From assembly GCA_008632985.1 (NCBI GenBank), contig QPGO01000028.1, forward strand, positions 491,598-555,597: a DNA stretch of 64,000 nt, written 5' to 3'. Below are positions 23,125 to 36,507 of this stretch, in pieces. The number at the start of each line of letters is the position of its first letter. Within the stretch, counting starts at the first letter, position 1. A program made the position numbers and the translations under genes. The DNA is from Psammoneis japonica. Lineage: Eukaryota. A model generated the notes under the pieces. The model worked only from the letters and a program-made list of their open reading frames with translations. It had not been told where the DNA came from and made no database searches.

Positions 23125-25265
23125 TTGCTTTTCGCGCGATCCGTGGGATTAAGCGCGGCGAGACTTTTTTTCGGAACGTGAAAGTTGTGTTTTTGGAGAT
23201 GACGCTGCGCCGACCCATACTCGGCCTTGTTTGAGCTATTCTTCATCGTTTTCATTCATTGAAGACACGGATATTACTTTTAGGAGGTCGAATTGTTAGG
23301 TGAGGTCCTTGGTTTGGCGAGAAACGGTGTTGTGGTTGTGTAGAAATCGAAAGATGGGTCTTTTTGCTTTTGTCTTAGCCATTTCTGAGCGGCAAAACCC
23401 ATACTCGGATGTTTATTCGCTCATTTCACTTCATCTGATGACTACCTTTGATAGTATCGACTGACCATAGTCACGAAAAGTTTTCTGTGTCTTGGGTATG
23501 CTGTGAGTGGGGGCTGTGTCGAGAAACATCGTTCTCTCGTATCGACAAGAAACACCAAAACACATGGAATTGACACGATCCATACTTTGATGTTTATTCG
23601 TTCAATACACCTCCTCTGTTGCGTACCATTGCTGTTATCTCTTTATTATAGATACGAAAATCATCCCCTGTCTTGTGTATGTTGTCTGTTTGTTTTGTGG
23701 AGAGAAATATCGGTCGCACTCGTGTGGTCTCATGTCGGCATTTTGTGATTATCGCTGACCCATGCTTTGATGTTTATCCGTTCATTTCGTCTCTTTACTC
23801 ACACTTCTTAGATTAAATCATTACTTTATAGCTACAAAAAGATTAGTCTGTCTTGGATATGCCTTCGGTGGGGTCTGTGAAGCGCAAGTATCATTCATAA
23901 CACAACTACGACATGCACCGACGCCTCTCCTCGCTTTCCGACAATACATTTTCCCGTTTGTCTAATCTATTTGGACACTAATTGAGTCATATAATAGAAT
24001 GATAATAGAATGGTAATACCAAGCATATTCTTCTTTTATCTGAAGCTATTGTTTCCTTGTTCTCCATGGTAGCATCATTCTGGATTCTCCTCGGCTGGTC
24101 GTGCATCCGTGAGTCGAATGAAGACCGTAATCCTCATTTTGTTCAACATCAGCTCGTTCACTAGAAGAATCATGAGCAGAGGAACCACCGGAGGAGTCGC
24201 TTGATGGGCTGCAAGTGCTTTTGATTTTGATATTGACAAAAGGACCCCGATTCTCCTCGTCAGCACTAGCAGAACTCGCAGGAACGGTATCGGTGCTTTC
24301 CTCGGTGGACGTGTCCGCAACAGCCTTTGCTTGGCATTTCTTGGTGGATCTATTGTGCTTCCTTGTATTTTGGTTGAACTCTTCCTCTTCTTTTCATGAT
24401 TCCTCTGCTTCTCGTTGCTTTGGGACAGCATGCGCTTGCGGGGAGCTTTATGACTGAAGCTTGCGCATCGCTTGTGTTGATGTTGGACGGTGTGCTCCAC
24501 ATTGCTCTTCACAGACCCCACCAAAGGCAAATACAAGACAGTATAATCTTTTCGTAGCTAAAAAGAAGAGATTCGATTAAAGAAGTGTGAGTAAAGAGAC
24601 GAAATGAACGGATAAACATCAAAGTATGGGTCGGTGTCAGTAAAAAAAAAAACGACACGGGACCACACGAGTGCGACCGATATTTCTCTCCACAAAACAA
24701 ACAGACAACATACACAAGACAGGGGATGATTTTCGTATCTATAATAAAGAGATAACAGCAATGGTACGCAACAGAGGAGGTGTATTGAACGAATAAACAT
24801 CAAAGTATGGATCGTGTCAATTCCATGTGTTTTGGTGTTTCTTGTCGATACGAGAGAACGATGTTTCTCGACACAGCCCCCACTCACAGCATACCCAAGA
24901 CACAGAAAACTTTTCGTGACTATGGTCAGTCGATACTATCAAAGGTAGTCATCAGATGAAGTGAAATGAGCGAATAAACATCCGAGTATGGGTTTTGCCG
25001 CTCAGAAATGGCTAAGACAAAAGCAAAAAGACCCATCTTTCGATTTCTACACAACCACAACACCGTTTCTCGCCAAACCAAGGACCTCACCTAACAATTC
25101 GACCTCCTAAAAGTAATATCCGTGTCTTCAATGAATGAAAACGATGAAGAATAGCTCAAACAAGGCCGAGTATGGGTCGGCGCAGCGTCATCTCCAAAAA
25201 CACAACTTTCACGTTCCGAAAAAAAGTCTCGCCGCGCTTAATCCCACGGATCGCGCGAAAAGCAA
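23125..25265. mobile_element. Foldback-like element with long inverted arms
   Basis: 23125-23729 is the reverse complement of 24661-25265 (605 bp, no mismatch seen by eye). Similarity continues imperfectly to ~23885/~24503. No TSD found. Confidence 0.8.
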
Positions 25266-25628
25266 AACACAGACACATAATCAATCGCACACAACACGCA
25301 CAATTTCCAAGGGACACGAAACCCTCACAAAGTTTTACCAAGTCAATTTGCACGCAGCAAACTGCAGCAGCACAATGATGCGAGCCGCCGGTGTCCCACT
25401 TTACGGCGTGATATCTCAATGATACTTTCACCGATTTTCCCGTTGCTTATTTCATTCTTAACATAAATTGTGCAATACATCCAATGACTTTGATTCCATT
25501 GTGTGTCATTGTGAATTATGGATTTCTGTTTTGTTTGAAACCATGCAGCAATTTCAAATTTGGAGAAGCGCGCACTAGGGAAAGCGTGTACGAAGGATGC
25601 AGGTTGTGCAGCATTTCGATTCCCAATG

Positions 25629-25870
25629 GTCGATCCGAAACTATTGGCAGTGTCACACCATCGTATGTCGTGTGACATGTGATAGAGCATATGATGTAGT
25701 AGTTAAAATTAAGACTCCTACAATGAATGCCAGTGGTGCAAACAGCAAGCTAATCTGCCGTCGATCCGAAACTACCAGTGGTGTCGCATGATAGAGCATG
25801 TTAGGTTGTTAAATTTGAGACTCTTACAATAAACACTAGTGATGCAAATAGCATGCTAATCTGCTGTCAA
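25629..25870 (+). repeat. Diverged two-copy tandem repeat (~110-130 bp unit)
   Basis: gtcgatccgaaacta...tgatagagcat...agactc.tacaat...gctaatctgc occurs twice. Confidence 0.75.
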
Positions 25871-25899
25871 TGTGACTGGAGTTTTTAAGCCGCCGCCCT

Positions 25900-27950
25900 C
25901 TTGCCCTCTTTCTCAATCTTGTTCATCATCGTTTGCAGTTTTTTCCAATGCCGAAACAACAGCTCCCACTTTGTTTTCCAATTTGGATTTTCCATCGATG
26001 ACCTTCCTCTCCTCACTTGTGCTAGCTTTGAAGCTGCGAGTTGATGCTGCCTTCTTTTCATCAACCAGCTTGTTGCACAAGGGCACGGCTTTGTTGTGCT
26101 GCTCAACCAAATTAAAAATGTGCTTGAGAGACACGGATTTCAATGTGTTGCAAGCCCTGTCCCACCAAGCCATGTAGTTGTCATCATCCTTTGCTTGAGG
26201 ACGATTGCTGCCATTGAGATACTCCTTCTCCTCACTTGTAAACAGCGTGCGCGGGCCCTTGCTTTTAGAGATTTGTTGAGTTCGTCATGCTCGGATTTTT
26301 TGTAAAGTGCTCCATGCCCCAACTTCTTTTTGAGCACCATGTGCACACCAGAATCACATTGTGCCTGCGACTTAGGCTTCCAATGAGTCCCCTTGCGAGC
26401 ACCTTCGCGTTCAATCTTGTGCTCCATTAAGAAAGTACAGAATTGCCTCATCAATTTGCTGCAGTTCGGCACAGTGAGAGTCTCTCCACGTAGATGCTTT
26501 CGTTCCAACTGATGGACTGGTGGATGTCCTGTTTTTTTGGCAAAAACGTTAAATGCTGCGACCGCCGTCTTGTAGCCATCTTCGGTTCGGTCTGCTTTGT
26601 CTTGCATTTCTGCGCATGCTTGGAGCATCATGGATTCGTCTTCGCGCTCTTCTGCCTCATCCTCATTTGAATCTTCCAAAAAGGAGGCCTCAAGCTCAGT
26701 AGCAAGTCGATTGACGTGGTCCACCTCACTCGCTTTTGCCTCGTCGCTCGGCTCGTCGCTGGACTTGTCCTTCTTGTATGGATTGTCATGATGCGAGTAG
26801 AAGATTGTGCCTGCTGCAGTGGTTGCTGGTGGTTCCAACCCGTCCTGGGCCTGTGCAGTTGGAGCATCTTTTTCATTGATGAGAGATGGCATTATGGACA
26901 AATGATGCCGACAGCGTATGCCACACAAGTCCAATCGCAACGAATCGCAACAATGGCAATGAAAACGGTAGACTCTACTTAGCTAGCTAGGCCACTGTGC
27001 AACAGCAGCAACGAGCGAGCGGGCGGCGGGCGGTAGTGCATGCCCGTCATCAAGTTGAAGGTGTCAGATGGTCGCGGTTCACGGTTCAATCATCCTTGCT
27101 CACGCACCCAATTCAAGATTCCATTCCACCACGCAAATTCCAAATTTCCGAAGTCTGTGTCAGTCAGTGACGAGATCAAAGAAAGATGACGTGTCTGCAA
27201 GATTACATCATCTCAGAATGAAAAGGCAAGTGCCTGCCATGTCTGTGTGCAGCTTGGACAAACATCCGAATGGCGGCAGCTGCTGCAGCCATTTGCCTGC
27301 TTTTCATCAGCTGCACTTGACGGTCGAGCAAGAGAGCGAGAGAGAGCTCACCCCAATCCACTGCCTCAGCCACTGGTCTGCTTTTCATCAGCTGAGCTCA
27401 CCCCAATCTACCACACAAAATGACAAAGCAAGGAAGCCTCTCTCCAGAGCGACCGCAGTGCTCTCATTCGCGCTGGCAATCTAGAGGCAGTTTTTCTCGT
27501 GCAAGTGTGAGTTTTTGACAGCAGCACGGAGTTGCCAGATTGAGACAGAGACAACTTGTTGAAACACGTGCAATGCATTTTCACGGTTTTGTGTTGGGTG
27601 GCATGACTTCACATCGCTTGGCCCAAATCTGTGTTGCACCTTTGCTTTTTTTGAGTCATGTGTCTCTGTGAAAAGTTCGTTGCTCGACGGACAACTCACC
27701 CACCGATTTTTCATCATCTTTGACAAAGAGTGTTGATGGTTTGCAACATTTTAAGCTTTCTTGCACATTTTGGTTTTCTTTGGCATTTGTGCAACCTTGG
27801 CTTCTGAGCGGCGCGGCAAAACCGACAAAGGCACAAGCGCCAATTTTGAAATGTGACAGCCTGGGCTCGCCAAAACCACTGATCGATGGCTCAAATGGCA
27901 CTGTGCTGTTGCTGACTCCAGACTTGGGTGGAGCTACAACAGCACCTTCC
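25900..27950. other. Partially CpG/TpA-depleted block C
   Basis: TA is scarce but many CG and a few Tyr codons remain: an intermediate state. Confidence 0.7.
25913..26892 (-). pseudogene. Partly decayed ORF, possibly the N-terminal part of a tyrosine-recombinase (Crypton-like) element protein
   Basis: Acidic N-terminus, then RTEDGYKTAVAAFNVF...FCTFL...KPKSQAQCDSGV, resembling the helical DNA-binding region of YR proteins. Frameshifted; no catalytic residues identified. Confidence 0.35.
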
Positions 27951-28288
27951 AGTGGTCCTTCTGTGCTGTGGCTATCTACTAGTGCTACGAGCAGTCATCT
28001 GTTACACCCCATGCGAATGATGAAAGCATTGTTGGTGTCTGGTCGCGCGTGGGTCGTGCGAGTTGGTTCGTGGGATCGTGAGTCGTGCTTCGTGAGTCGA
28101 ATGATTCGACACTCAGTATTGTCGTCTGTTTGCATGTCCGTGGGTCCACCTCCGCCACATCATTTTTTTTCTTACGACAAGCTTTTACGACCTCACTTTT
28201 TTACTGTTTTGCGTGGCCGTGCTGTGGTTATTGCCGTCGTCTTGTCCTATTTTGCGACGACATTCACTTATTTCGGATTTATTATACT

Positions 28289-30634
28289 ATGATTTCTTCA
28301 GGCTTGCAAGCAGGCCATATGGGTGCAAGAATAACACGTGCACGTCACCCACGTGTTTTCACGGCGGTTCAGTTCTCCAATCAAGACTGCCGCTCTCGAT
28401 TCTTGACAACATTGTCCAATCAAACAAGTCAATCATTTTCGATTTGTGCTTTGCCTCCGATTATTCATAACCGAGATATTCAGAAACTGTCTCAACAACA
28501 GCTTTTCAAAAAATCGACTTTTTCAACGGCAGCTGCCGCAACCACAACAACTGACGAAACCCACGAATCTTGTTCTTTTTCGATTTGTAGACGAGCTGGA
28601 GTTCGAAACGTTGCTATCGTTGCTCATGTCGATCATGGAAAAACGAGTCTTGTCGATGAATTGCTCAAGGCTGCCAACAAATCATCATCGTCGACTGCTG
28701 CTGCTGCTGCTGCCTCCGACGACGTGGAGAACAACAATAATCTCAATCGTCTCATGGATTCAGGCGAATTGGAAATTGAACGAGGAATCACAATCACATC
28801 CAAAGTGACGAGATTGGATTATTTCACGTCCGACAAGGAATCAACCATTATCAATGTTGTCGACACTCCTGGCCATAGTGATTTCTCAGGAGAAGTCGAT
28901 CGTATTCTCGGCATGGTGGATGGAGTTGCTCTCGTGGTGGATGCGGCCGAGGGACCCATGGCACAAACCAAATATGTGCTATCCAGAGCACTTTCTCTTG
29001 GTCTTGAACCTGTTGTTGTGTTGAACAAGGCAGATCGGGAGGATGCCATGGCACGGATTGAAAGCGGAGAAACGGAATCGCAATTGCTGGATCTCTTTGA
29101 CAATCTTGGAGCGAGTGAAGAACAAATGGATTATTTGACACTCTACGCGAGTGCGCGAGATGGATGGGTAACAGATGACGAAGAGGTAGCGCTGAGTATA
29201 GGCAAGGATGGGATAGGTGGACGAGAGAATGTGGGAATGAATGTGTTGTTGGATCAAATATTGGAACAGCTCCCGCCTCCTGCCGTTCACTCGTACTCGG
29301 ATGGTTCGGTGCAAGGAACAAACGACGCAGAAAGTTATGCCCAAGACAAGTTCTCATTGGCTGCCACTACTGTGGGATATGATCAGTATTTGGGTCGGAC
29401 ATGTACAGGACGAATCTATTCAGGGTCTGTTGCCCTGGACGATTCGGTGACTCTGCTCAAACGAGACGGGTCCGATTCGGGTTCTTCCACTCCCGTGACA
29501 CTGACGGGTTTGTTTGTAAACCGTGGCATTAGTCGAGTTCCACTGGAACCACCCGTGGCATGTGCTGGAGATATTGTCACTCTGGCGGGAGTTCCCGACT
29601 CGATTGCTGTAGGAGACACAGTCACATCTGCATCGAATCCTGTTGACTTTCCGATTGAGACACCGCCGCTGGCACCTCCGACATTGTCCATGGATTTCGG
29701 TTCCAACACTGGTCCTCTTGCAGGCTCTGAAGGAACCATTTTGACATCATCCCGCATCAAGGCTCGTCTCGATAAGGAGACAGACAACAATGTCACGATT
29801 ATTGTCGAAAAGAGTGAAACAGACAGCGAAAAGAGTGTCGTGTATGGTCGCGGAGAGCTTCAGCTGGGCATCTTGATTGAGCAAATGAGACGGGAAGGAT
29901 ACGAGTTGTGTATTTCACCTCCAAGGATTGTCACTAAAATCTGTCCAGACACACAGAAAAAGATGGAACCGTTCGAAGAAGTCACTGTTGACGTGGATAG
30001 CGAGTACTCAGGGACAGTGGTAAATGCGCTTACGGGTAATAGAAAAGGTGTATTGATGGACATGACGGAGAACAGCGCCGACGGCAAGACTCGTTTGATG
30101 TTTGAAGTGCCAAGTCGCGGCTTGCTTGGCTTCCGTCCAGAGATTGCAACTGCCACAAGAGGTACTGCTGTCGTTAACCACTGCTACATTGAGGATCGAC
30201 CCTACGCTGGACTCTTGGGAGATGGACTCGACAAGGGCAAGATAGTCAGCAACGAGCAAGGAAAAGCTTCGTTGTATGCTCTCTCCTCGATTGCAGAACG
30301 TGGAACTCTCTTCATCGAACCGGGGGAGTTCGTTTATCCTGGTATGGTTATCGGCGAAAACGCCAAGTCTGGCGACATGGAAGTGAATCCTGTAAAAGCC
30401 AAGGCTACATCCAATATTCGGACGGTAAACAAGGACGAGAAGATGTATCTTGCACCACCGCAGCGCATGACCGTGGAGGAACTAATTGGATACATGGCTG
30501 ACGATGAAATCATTGAAGTGACACCAAAGTCTGTACGACTACGCAAGGCCGAACTTGACTCGGGGAAGCGCCAACGTGCCGCTCGGGCCCGAAAGAAGCA
30601 ACTCAACGCAGCAAAGAAAAAAAGAAATAGATAG
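28289..30634 (+). CDS. typA: Translational GTPase TypA/BipA, probably organelle-targeted
   Basis: [51 protein letters not shown] and [12 protein letters not shown], with an N-terminal extension. Start ATG 28289 or 28319. Confidence 0.95.
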   Translation: MISSGLQAGHMGARITRARHPRVFTAVQFSNQDCRSRFLTTLSNQTSQSFSICALPPIIHNRDIQKLSQQQLFKKSTFSTAAAATTTTDETHESCSFSICRRAGVRNVAIVAHVDHGKTSLVDELLKAANKSSSSTAAAAAASDDVENNNNLNRLMDSGELEIERGITITSKVTRLDYFTSDKESTIINVVDTPGHSDFSGEVDRILGMVDGVALVVDAAEGPMAQTKYVLSRALSLGLEPVVVLNKADREDAMARIESGETESQLLDLFDNLGASEEQMDYLTLYASARDGWVTDDEEVALSIGKDGIGGRENVGMNVLLDQILEQLPPPAVHSYSDGSVQGTNDAESYAQDKFSLAATTVGYDQYLGRTCTGRIYSGSVALDDSVTLLKRDGSDSGSSTPVTLTGLFVNRGISRVPLEPPVACAGDIVTLAGVPDSIAVGDTVTSASNPVDFPIETPPLAPPTLSMDFGSNTGPLAGSEGTILTSSRIKARLDKETDNNVTIIVEKSETDSEKSVVYGRGELQLGILIEQMRREGYELCISPPRIVTKICPDTQKKMEPFEEVTVDVDSEYSGTVVNALTGNRKGVLMDMTENSADGKTRLMFEVPSRGLLGFRPEIATATRGTAVVNHCYIEDRPYAGLLGDGLDKGKIVSNEQGKASLYALSSIAERGTLFIEPGEFVYPGMVIGENAKSGDMEVNPVKAKATSNIRTVNKDEKMYLAPPQRMTVEELIGYMADDEIIEVTPKSVRLRKAELDSGKRQRAARARKKQLNAAKKKRNR

Positions 30635-30781
30635 ATCTAAGTAGAGAGAGCTCTAGACAGAGAGACACAAATTCTAGAATGTAACACATTTTGGAAAGTT
30701 AATCATCGATCGTTTTGACTCATCTCAGCACTGTCGTTGTGGCCACCGTTTTCGATGCTGATCTCCTATTCTTTTCTTGTT

Positions 30782-32313
30782 CTACATCTGTTCTTCATGA
30801 GGAAATACAGAACTTCCAATAACTCGTAAGATGACTTGCACCAAAATACAGCACATTCCGATAGATGCAAGATGGTGAGGGTCTGTGACGTAAGCCCACA
30901 GTGTAGCCATAAATGCTACCAATCCAAGACGTGTCAAGGCAGAAGTTTTGCGACGCGGCTCTTTTTCACGTCTTCGTGGCCTAATCGAGACCAGTTATAG
31001 CGTAATCCCTTGTGCATCATCATCATTGCATCCGAGCATGTCCAGACAATACATAAACTAAAGCAGAAGAAGTATGCAATCTGCTGTCGACGCTCACTTT
31101 CTGAAAAATCAGCGAGACCTTTTGATTTCAAGGCTCGTACTGTCGAAGAGCATTCGAAATCCGGCGTCCAAATTCTTCTCGTAATTTCGTACGTGTATTC
31201 GTACATGAACAGCTTGTAAGAGGCTCCCACAATGACAAGTCCTGCAGAGTAAAACTGCATCAGCACCGCAGCAATATAGCTGGCTTGTAAATTTCGATGC
31301 AATGCGTGTTCATCGGCATTGTTGGTCCCGAAAAGAAGTAGAGATACATCAACAAACAGACAGACAAATGCCAGTAAAAAATGTCACGTAATACTCAAAA
31401 CCCTTGGATACCACTTCGACAATAAGCAAACTTAAAATGCTTTCACCAAGCAAGAGCATGGTCCATTCGCCATAGCGATGAATGACATAACCCGTATCCA
31501 GGGGCACCGATACCAGTTTGCGTTTTTCTTCATCTTTAGGGAAAAAACAGCCAACATAGACAAAGCCCATGATTGTCTCCACCGCCGCCGCAACGCAAAA
31601 TAAGATGATTGGGGTATCATTTGTAGAACCGTCATCTTCTCTATAGTATTCAACGCCCGAGATGATGGTTGCAGCCAAATAGAAGGCAGTGGGAACAAGT
31701 TTGAAGCCAATTATGCGCTTGCAAGCTGCGTTCATTGCCTCTTTATCGCCTTCTCCAAGAAAAATGAGTTCTACACATCTCACCATTGTAAAACAATTGG
31801 TTATGGTACACGCCAGGGCAAAGGAAAACATGTCAACGTGCTCGGACGGAATGGACATGAGATCCACGGGTCGAATGTGAAGAATTGCCGTAGCCACCAC
31901 GAGATAGAATGATAAATGGAAAACATCATGGTAGACGTCATCAACGACAACATATTGAGCGAAATAAAAAGTCTCATCTGCCCACATGGTGTGTACTGCC
32001 CAGAAACAACCGGCAAAGTAGAGCAGTCCCCGTCCCGTGGGAGAATTCACAATAATATTGGCAAGGTTGTATGCTGCGGCCACATAAAAGAGGTCCTAAA
32101 CAAAGAGAGAATGATGGATCATGAGAATCTATAAGGGCACATTCTCGCATTCACACAAGCAGTTATGAAACGTACAAAGAACACGTCATTCCAAGGAACG
32201 GCGGAATGCACGTCAGGTTCTTCCCACCGTTGTTTCTGCTTGGGCCGTGTGTAGAAAGGTCGATATGCTTGAATGTTCACAGCATCAATCACAACATTTC
32301 CCGGTCTTGTCAT
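30782..32313 (-). CDS. LtrA-family (low-temperature requirement A-like) membrane protein with apparent frameshifts; intron 32096-32175
   Basis: WNDVFF|DLFYVAAAYNL and HRYGEWTMLLLGESILSLL motifs, multiple TM helices. The frame breaks near 31350, 31320 and 30938. Confidence 0.7.
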
Positions 32314-33959
32314 GATGGAATTGCGGAGATGATTTCGTTTCGATGCGATTGGATTTCAGCTGCGCAGATCTGGAATCCACAACAATAAGAAGAGAACAGC
32401 GACAGCGTAGCGACAAATCAAAATGTTTGCGATCTGATGCTTCGCCGCAACAGCCAGCAATTTGATTTTTGATGTTTTGTGTTCGCGCCGCGTTCTACAC
32501 AGTGGTTCAGTTCTACGCGCGAGTGGCATTACGTAGCTTCGACTTGTACGACTATAAAATCTAAATAAATAATCTGGAGCTCGATCGACCTCGAATATTT
32601 TAAAAATTCCTTGCTTTCATGCATGAAACGCAATTTTACGGAATCCCATTTTAATGACACAGAGCTGCAAGTTTCAAGATGTTATTCCAACATCAAAACT
32701 GCTGTGGCATTTGGAGCACCTTCCATAGCCCTTCACTTTACTCGTTTGAGTGACCGTTCCTTAGACGTGCTCCAAATGGCAAGCTTATTTTGACTACAAA
32801 GTAGCAGCTTTAAATTGGTGTTCCGTTTTCTGTGTAGAGCGTACGCATTTTTCTCGTATATGACGTCACATTGAGAACACTCGATCACTTATGCCTTTCC
32901 ACTGGCTGTTTTTAAACGCTTCGGATGTAGATCAATCGCCCATGAGTTGCACTGTAGTCTTATGACTAAAGAATATTTTTATAAAGTTGCTTTATGCAGC
33001 TCTCAGCTCGCAAACCGAGAGCGTTCCGACATCTTTGCTGCTGACCTGCGGCACCATTGACCGCCATGCACTCTTCCTACTTTACTAAGAACAAGCTATT
33101 ATGTTGTCAATGGGTCAATCTAATTTTCTTTTTACATTATGACATATTCTACATTTGCTCTAAATGTGAGCTGTCTACCGGTATAAGGTAGAAGACATCT
33201 AAATCCACGAGACAAACAAGTAGAGTCGGATGTTTTATGTCAACTTTCGGTGGAGACCACGTTGGTAGCGAGTGCAGCTTGCTTGTTCGAGCCGCCAACA
33301 GGGAAGACGGACAATCGGCGACACATTACATTCCTTTGGTGACACTTGCAAATGGATTCGAGTGTCGATACAACACGGCGGTCGACGGTCACGTGTTTGC
33401 TGATCTCCGATGCAAAGACAGGTTTCTCCAAAAGCTTCATGGCCTCAGGGAACCGTGCCCCGGACGATTGATGATACCCTGGTAAATCAAGTGAAAGAGT
33501 AGCAAAATACTGTTCAGTTGGGCGTTTGTAATAAAAATGCGAGGTTAATACCAACAAACAACTCGCATCTGCTTTGGATTTTTACCTTGTGTTGATGTTA
33601 TCGATTTTCTGGATTGTGGCTAGAGAATACGTAATTTCAAAGGATCATATGAATTAAGAAGAGGGTTACGAGTAAATGCCATAGGTTTGACGACAATTGA
33701 AGTGCTGTCAGTGGCGCAATAGCTGCGAACCTCGACCGCCGCCATTGCCGAAGATTGGAGAAAATGATGGTTGATGTCGGCATGATTTTTGTGTACCAGA
33801 CACACACGTACATTTCTACGCTGGTACAAAAAATTATTTCTACGAAGCTATAATGCCGCTTTGAACCACTGTGTGGTGTTCTGCCTGCGTTCTCCGCAGT
33901 TCGCCCCTCTGTCGTCCCTCGCTCAAGTCCGCAGCTGCACAGGCTCAGATACGTAGGCC

Positions 33960-35130
33960 TGCTGTGCCAGCTAGAGAGGAGTGCCAACGTTTGACCTCTC
34001 GCTCTGCCTCTCTTCTTCTGGAGTCATTCTTCCAAAGAAGCAAGAGCTGCAAGTTGAGCAGATAATTGAACAATGCTCCCACCTCTCCCACCCTCTGAAG
34101 CCTTGCTGCCTTTCCAGCACGGGCTTGGGAGACAGCAGCAGCGCCACCATCCAGAGATCGTGAGTCTCGCCCTCTTTCCACATCCTGCTTTCCATTGAGA
34201 GTTGTGCAGAGTGCACCTGGACAGGTTTAAACTTTCTGTGAGCACATCATTGACCATCCTTGATGCCAAAGTGGAGAAAATGATGCTCATGTTTTAAAAC
34301 AGAGTTTGCGAGCCTGGGACAGGCACTGTGGTGGTGGAAGAGGTGCTGTGAGAAACCAAGAGCAACAAGATCACCCTGCAGCCATCATTGAAAAACAGAA
34401 GGCAATGAAAAGAATCTTGAAAAGCAGAGAGTTGCTGAGGGTGGGAGAGCCATGCACGCCAAGCACTGGGGCTTTAGACAAGAGTTGGTTGAAGCACAGC
34501 TTGTCTGTCTGCCCAGCTGGTTTTTTGAATGGAGGGGCACAAGCCAAATGCTCCAGCAGGCATTGGCACCATTGTCAAGAACAACAAAAAGCGCAACTCT
34601 GAGGACTGTTTGCCCTTTGTGGCAAGAGCGCAAAGCAGGGTGCTGGTGGGTGCAAGCAAGCAAGAGGGTTGACAAGAGCCAAACACAGCTGAGTTGAGTT
34701 CAAGCAGAGAAAAGCAGTGTGGGACAGCTTGATGTCAAGCATTGTTTGATCTGGTTTCATTGCACAAGTTGCACATGTGATCAAATCTGCACTGTGCATG
34801 GACAGGTTTCAGCCAGGAGAATCACATCAAGGCAATGTGACAGGATGTCAGAAACGACACTCTTTTGAGTCTCTGCAGGTTTGAGTGGAAAGCACAAGTT
34901 GCATTTTTCACAGTGGGCAAAAGAAACAAGTGCTGAACACAGGCAACCAATTCATTGCAATGGAGAAAAAGAAAAGGCAGTGACACCCCACGTGTTTCTG
35001 TTGTGCAGATCTCACAATTTCTGCATGGTCCGTGAGCGGTCTTCTGTCAGGTGCCTCTTGATGGGTGACAGTTCTTTTTTAGCAGAGTGCTGAGTGCACA
35101 GCCCTGCCAATCACTGCAGAGGTTTGCACA
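33960..35130. other. CpG- and TpA-depleted hypermutated block D
   Basis: Only a handful of TA, mostly in TTA/TAA context, and few CG over ~1.1 kb. Original content not recognised. Confidence 0.85.
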
Positions 35131-35349
35131 CATCGTTGTACGAAACATGTTTGCGGCACCGGTAAAAGGCAACGAGGGCTAACCACCTGGGAATCCCTCT
35201 AGAGTCTCTCTAAAGCTAGTGAATATGTGCTCTCTAGTGAGCAGAGGGTTGACACAGCAAAATCGCGATCTGGGAAGCAAATCATTTGAAATTCAACAAG
35301 CTGTACAATTAATTCATGGGCTAAAAATCATGAGCACAGAAAGTGCGAC

Positions 35350-36507
35350 TCAATTAGTTTCTGCTGACCAAGCAACATGTTCAAGAAGGTGGAGCACGGT
35401 GACCCCATGTTTCTCTGACGCTTCTTCTGAGTTGTACGTTCCCTCTTCGAAGAGAATGGGAAGGCCAGGGTGCAACATGATTTCAACGCGAAATCCATCA
35501 CAGGCAACACCGATTCGTTTCGAAACAGGTTCAACCTTTTCACTTGAATGGATTGTGCCATCTGCGAGTTTGACAACTGGGCATGCTTGCCTTGGCAAAA
35601 GGCTTATGTTAAATGAAAGAAAAGGAAGGACCGCGCCGAGAGAATGACCGCAGAGACCGAGACACATGTTAGGGTTGCTTCGCACAGCAAACCATTTGAA
35701 TATTCGATCCCACAGTGTAGTCACGCTCCCTTTCCATGCAATGTTAACACCTCCATCATAAAAGGCAATGGTGCTGATTGTAGCCGAAAAGTCCCGGTCA
35801 AGTTTGACGGTAACTTCTTCACGATGAAACGCAAACGAACTTTGGTGCACGCAGCACATGTCAAGGCGTTCCAAGTGCAAAAGGTACATTGACGCCTGAA
35901 AAAATGAGCTGCAATCCGCAGCAACGTCATACCATACGTGATCGTCGTCACTTTCGAAATCGCTATAGATGGTTGGAACAAAATCACCCAATTCTAACTT
36001 TTCTTCCATATCCAGCGACAGGAGACCCGTTTGAAGCAGCTCCGCAAGAGCCGCTCCCGTTATTGACTTTTCAATGGCAAGTTTTCCGCGACAATGAATG
36101 TAGATTAGCAGGGATAAATCATTGCACGTTAGCAACGGGGACTGCAACGGCCTTTCCACGTCACGAATATCGTCGACGATGTCTTCCCTAGATTCTCGTG
36201 AAGCGTGTAGTTTTCGAAACAGAAATCGGTGTCCTCGTCTCTTGATGATTGCTTCTGGTATAGAATTGATGACAGGAAAGAGTCGCTTGCAAAGACAAGA
36301 CCATAGATCGTCCTCGAGGGAAAGTGAGCGCATCGCCGTTGAGGTGGAACCAATCGCGGCCAGATCTTTTGCTTCAATCACGTCGTTCCCAACCATGATT
36401 TTCAGCACTGACGCGAGGTCGAGAGCATCCTTGTTTGTTTCTGGTCGACATGCTCTTTTCAAAGGACGCTCTTCTACCGTTGTTTCATCATTGTAGTTGC
36501 GGCTCAT
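35350..36507 (-). CDS. F-box-like domain protein
   Basis: 385-aa ORF; AKDLAAIGSTSTAMRSLSLEDDLWSCLCKRLFP fits an F-box-like motif. Confidence 0.65.
   Translation of the reverse strand: MSRNYNDETTVEERPLKRACRPETNKDALDLASVLKIMVGNDVIEAKDLAAIGSTSTAMRSLSLEDDLWSCLCKRLFPVINSIPEAIIKRRGHRFLFRKLHASRESREDIVDDIRDVERPLQSPLLTCNDLSLLIYIHCRGKLAIEKSITGAALAELLQTGLLSLDMEEKLELGDFVPTIYSDFESDDDHVWYDVAADCSSFFQASMYLLHLERLDMCCVHQSSFAFHREEVTVKLDRDFSATISTIAFYDGGVNIAWKGSVTTLWDRIFKWFAVRSNPNMCLGLCGHSLGAVLPFLSFNISLLPRQACPVVKLADGTIHSSEKVEPVSKRIGVACDGFRVEIMLHPGLPILFEEGTYNSEEASEKHGVTVLHLLEHVAWSAETN

Noticed and set aside
23503..24887. Duplicated small ORFs (MSGGCVEK...) as genes
   Set aside because: They are mirror images produced by the inverted arms and have no protein features.
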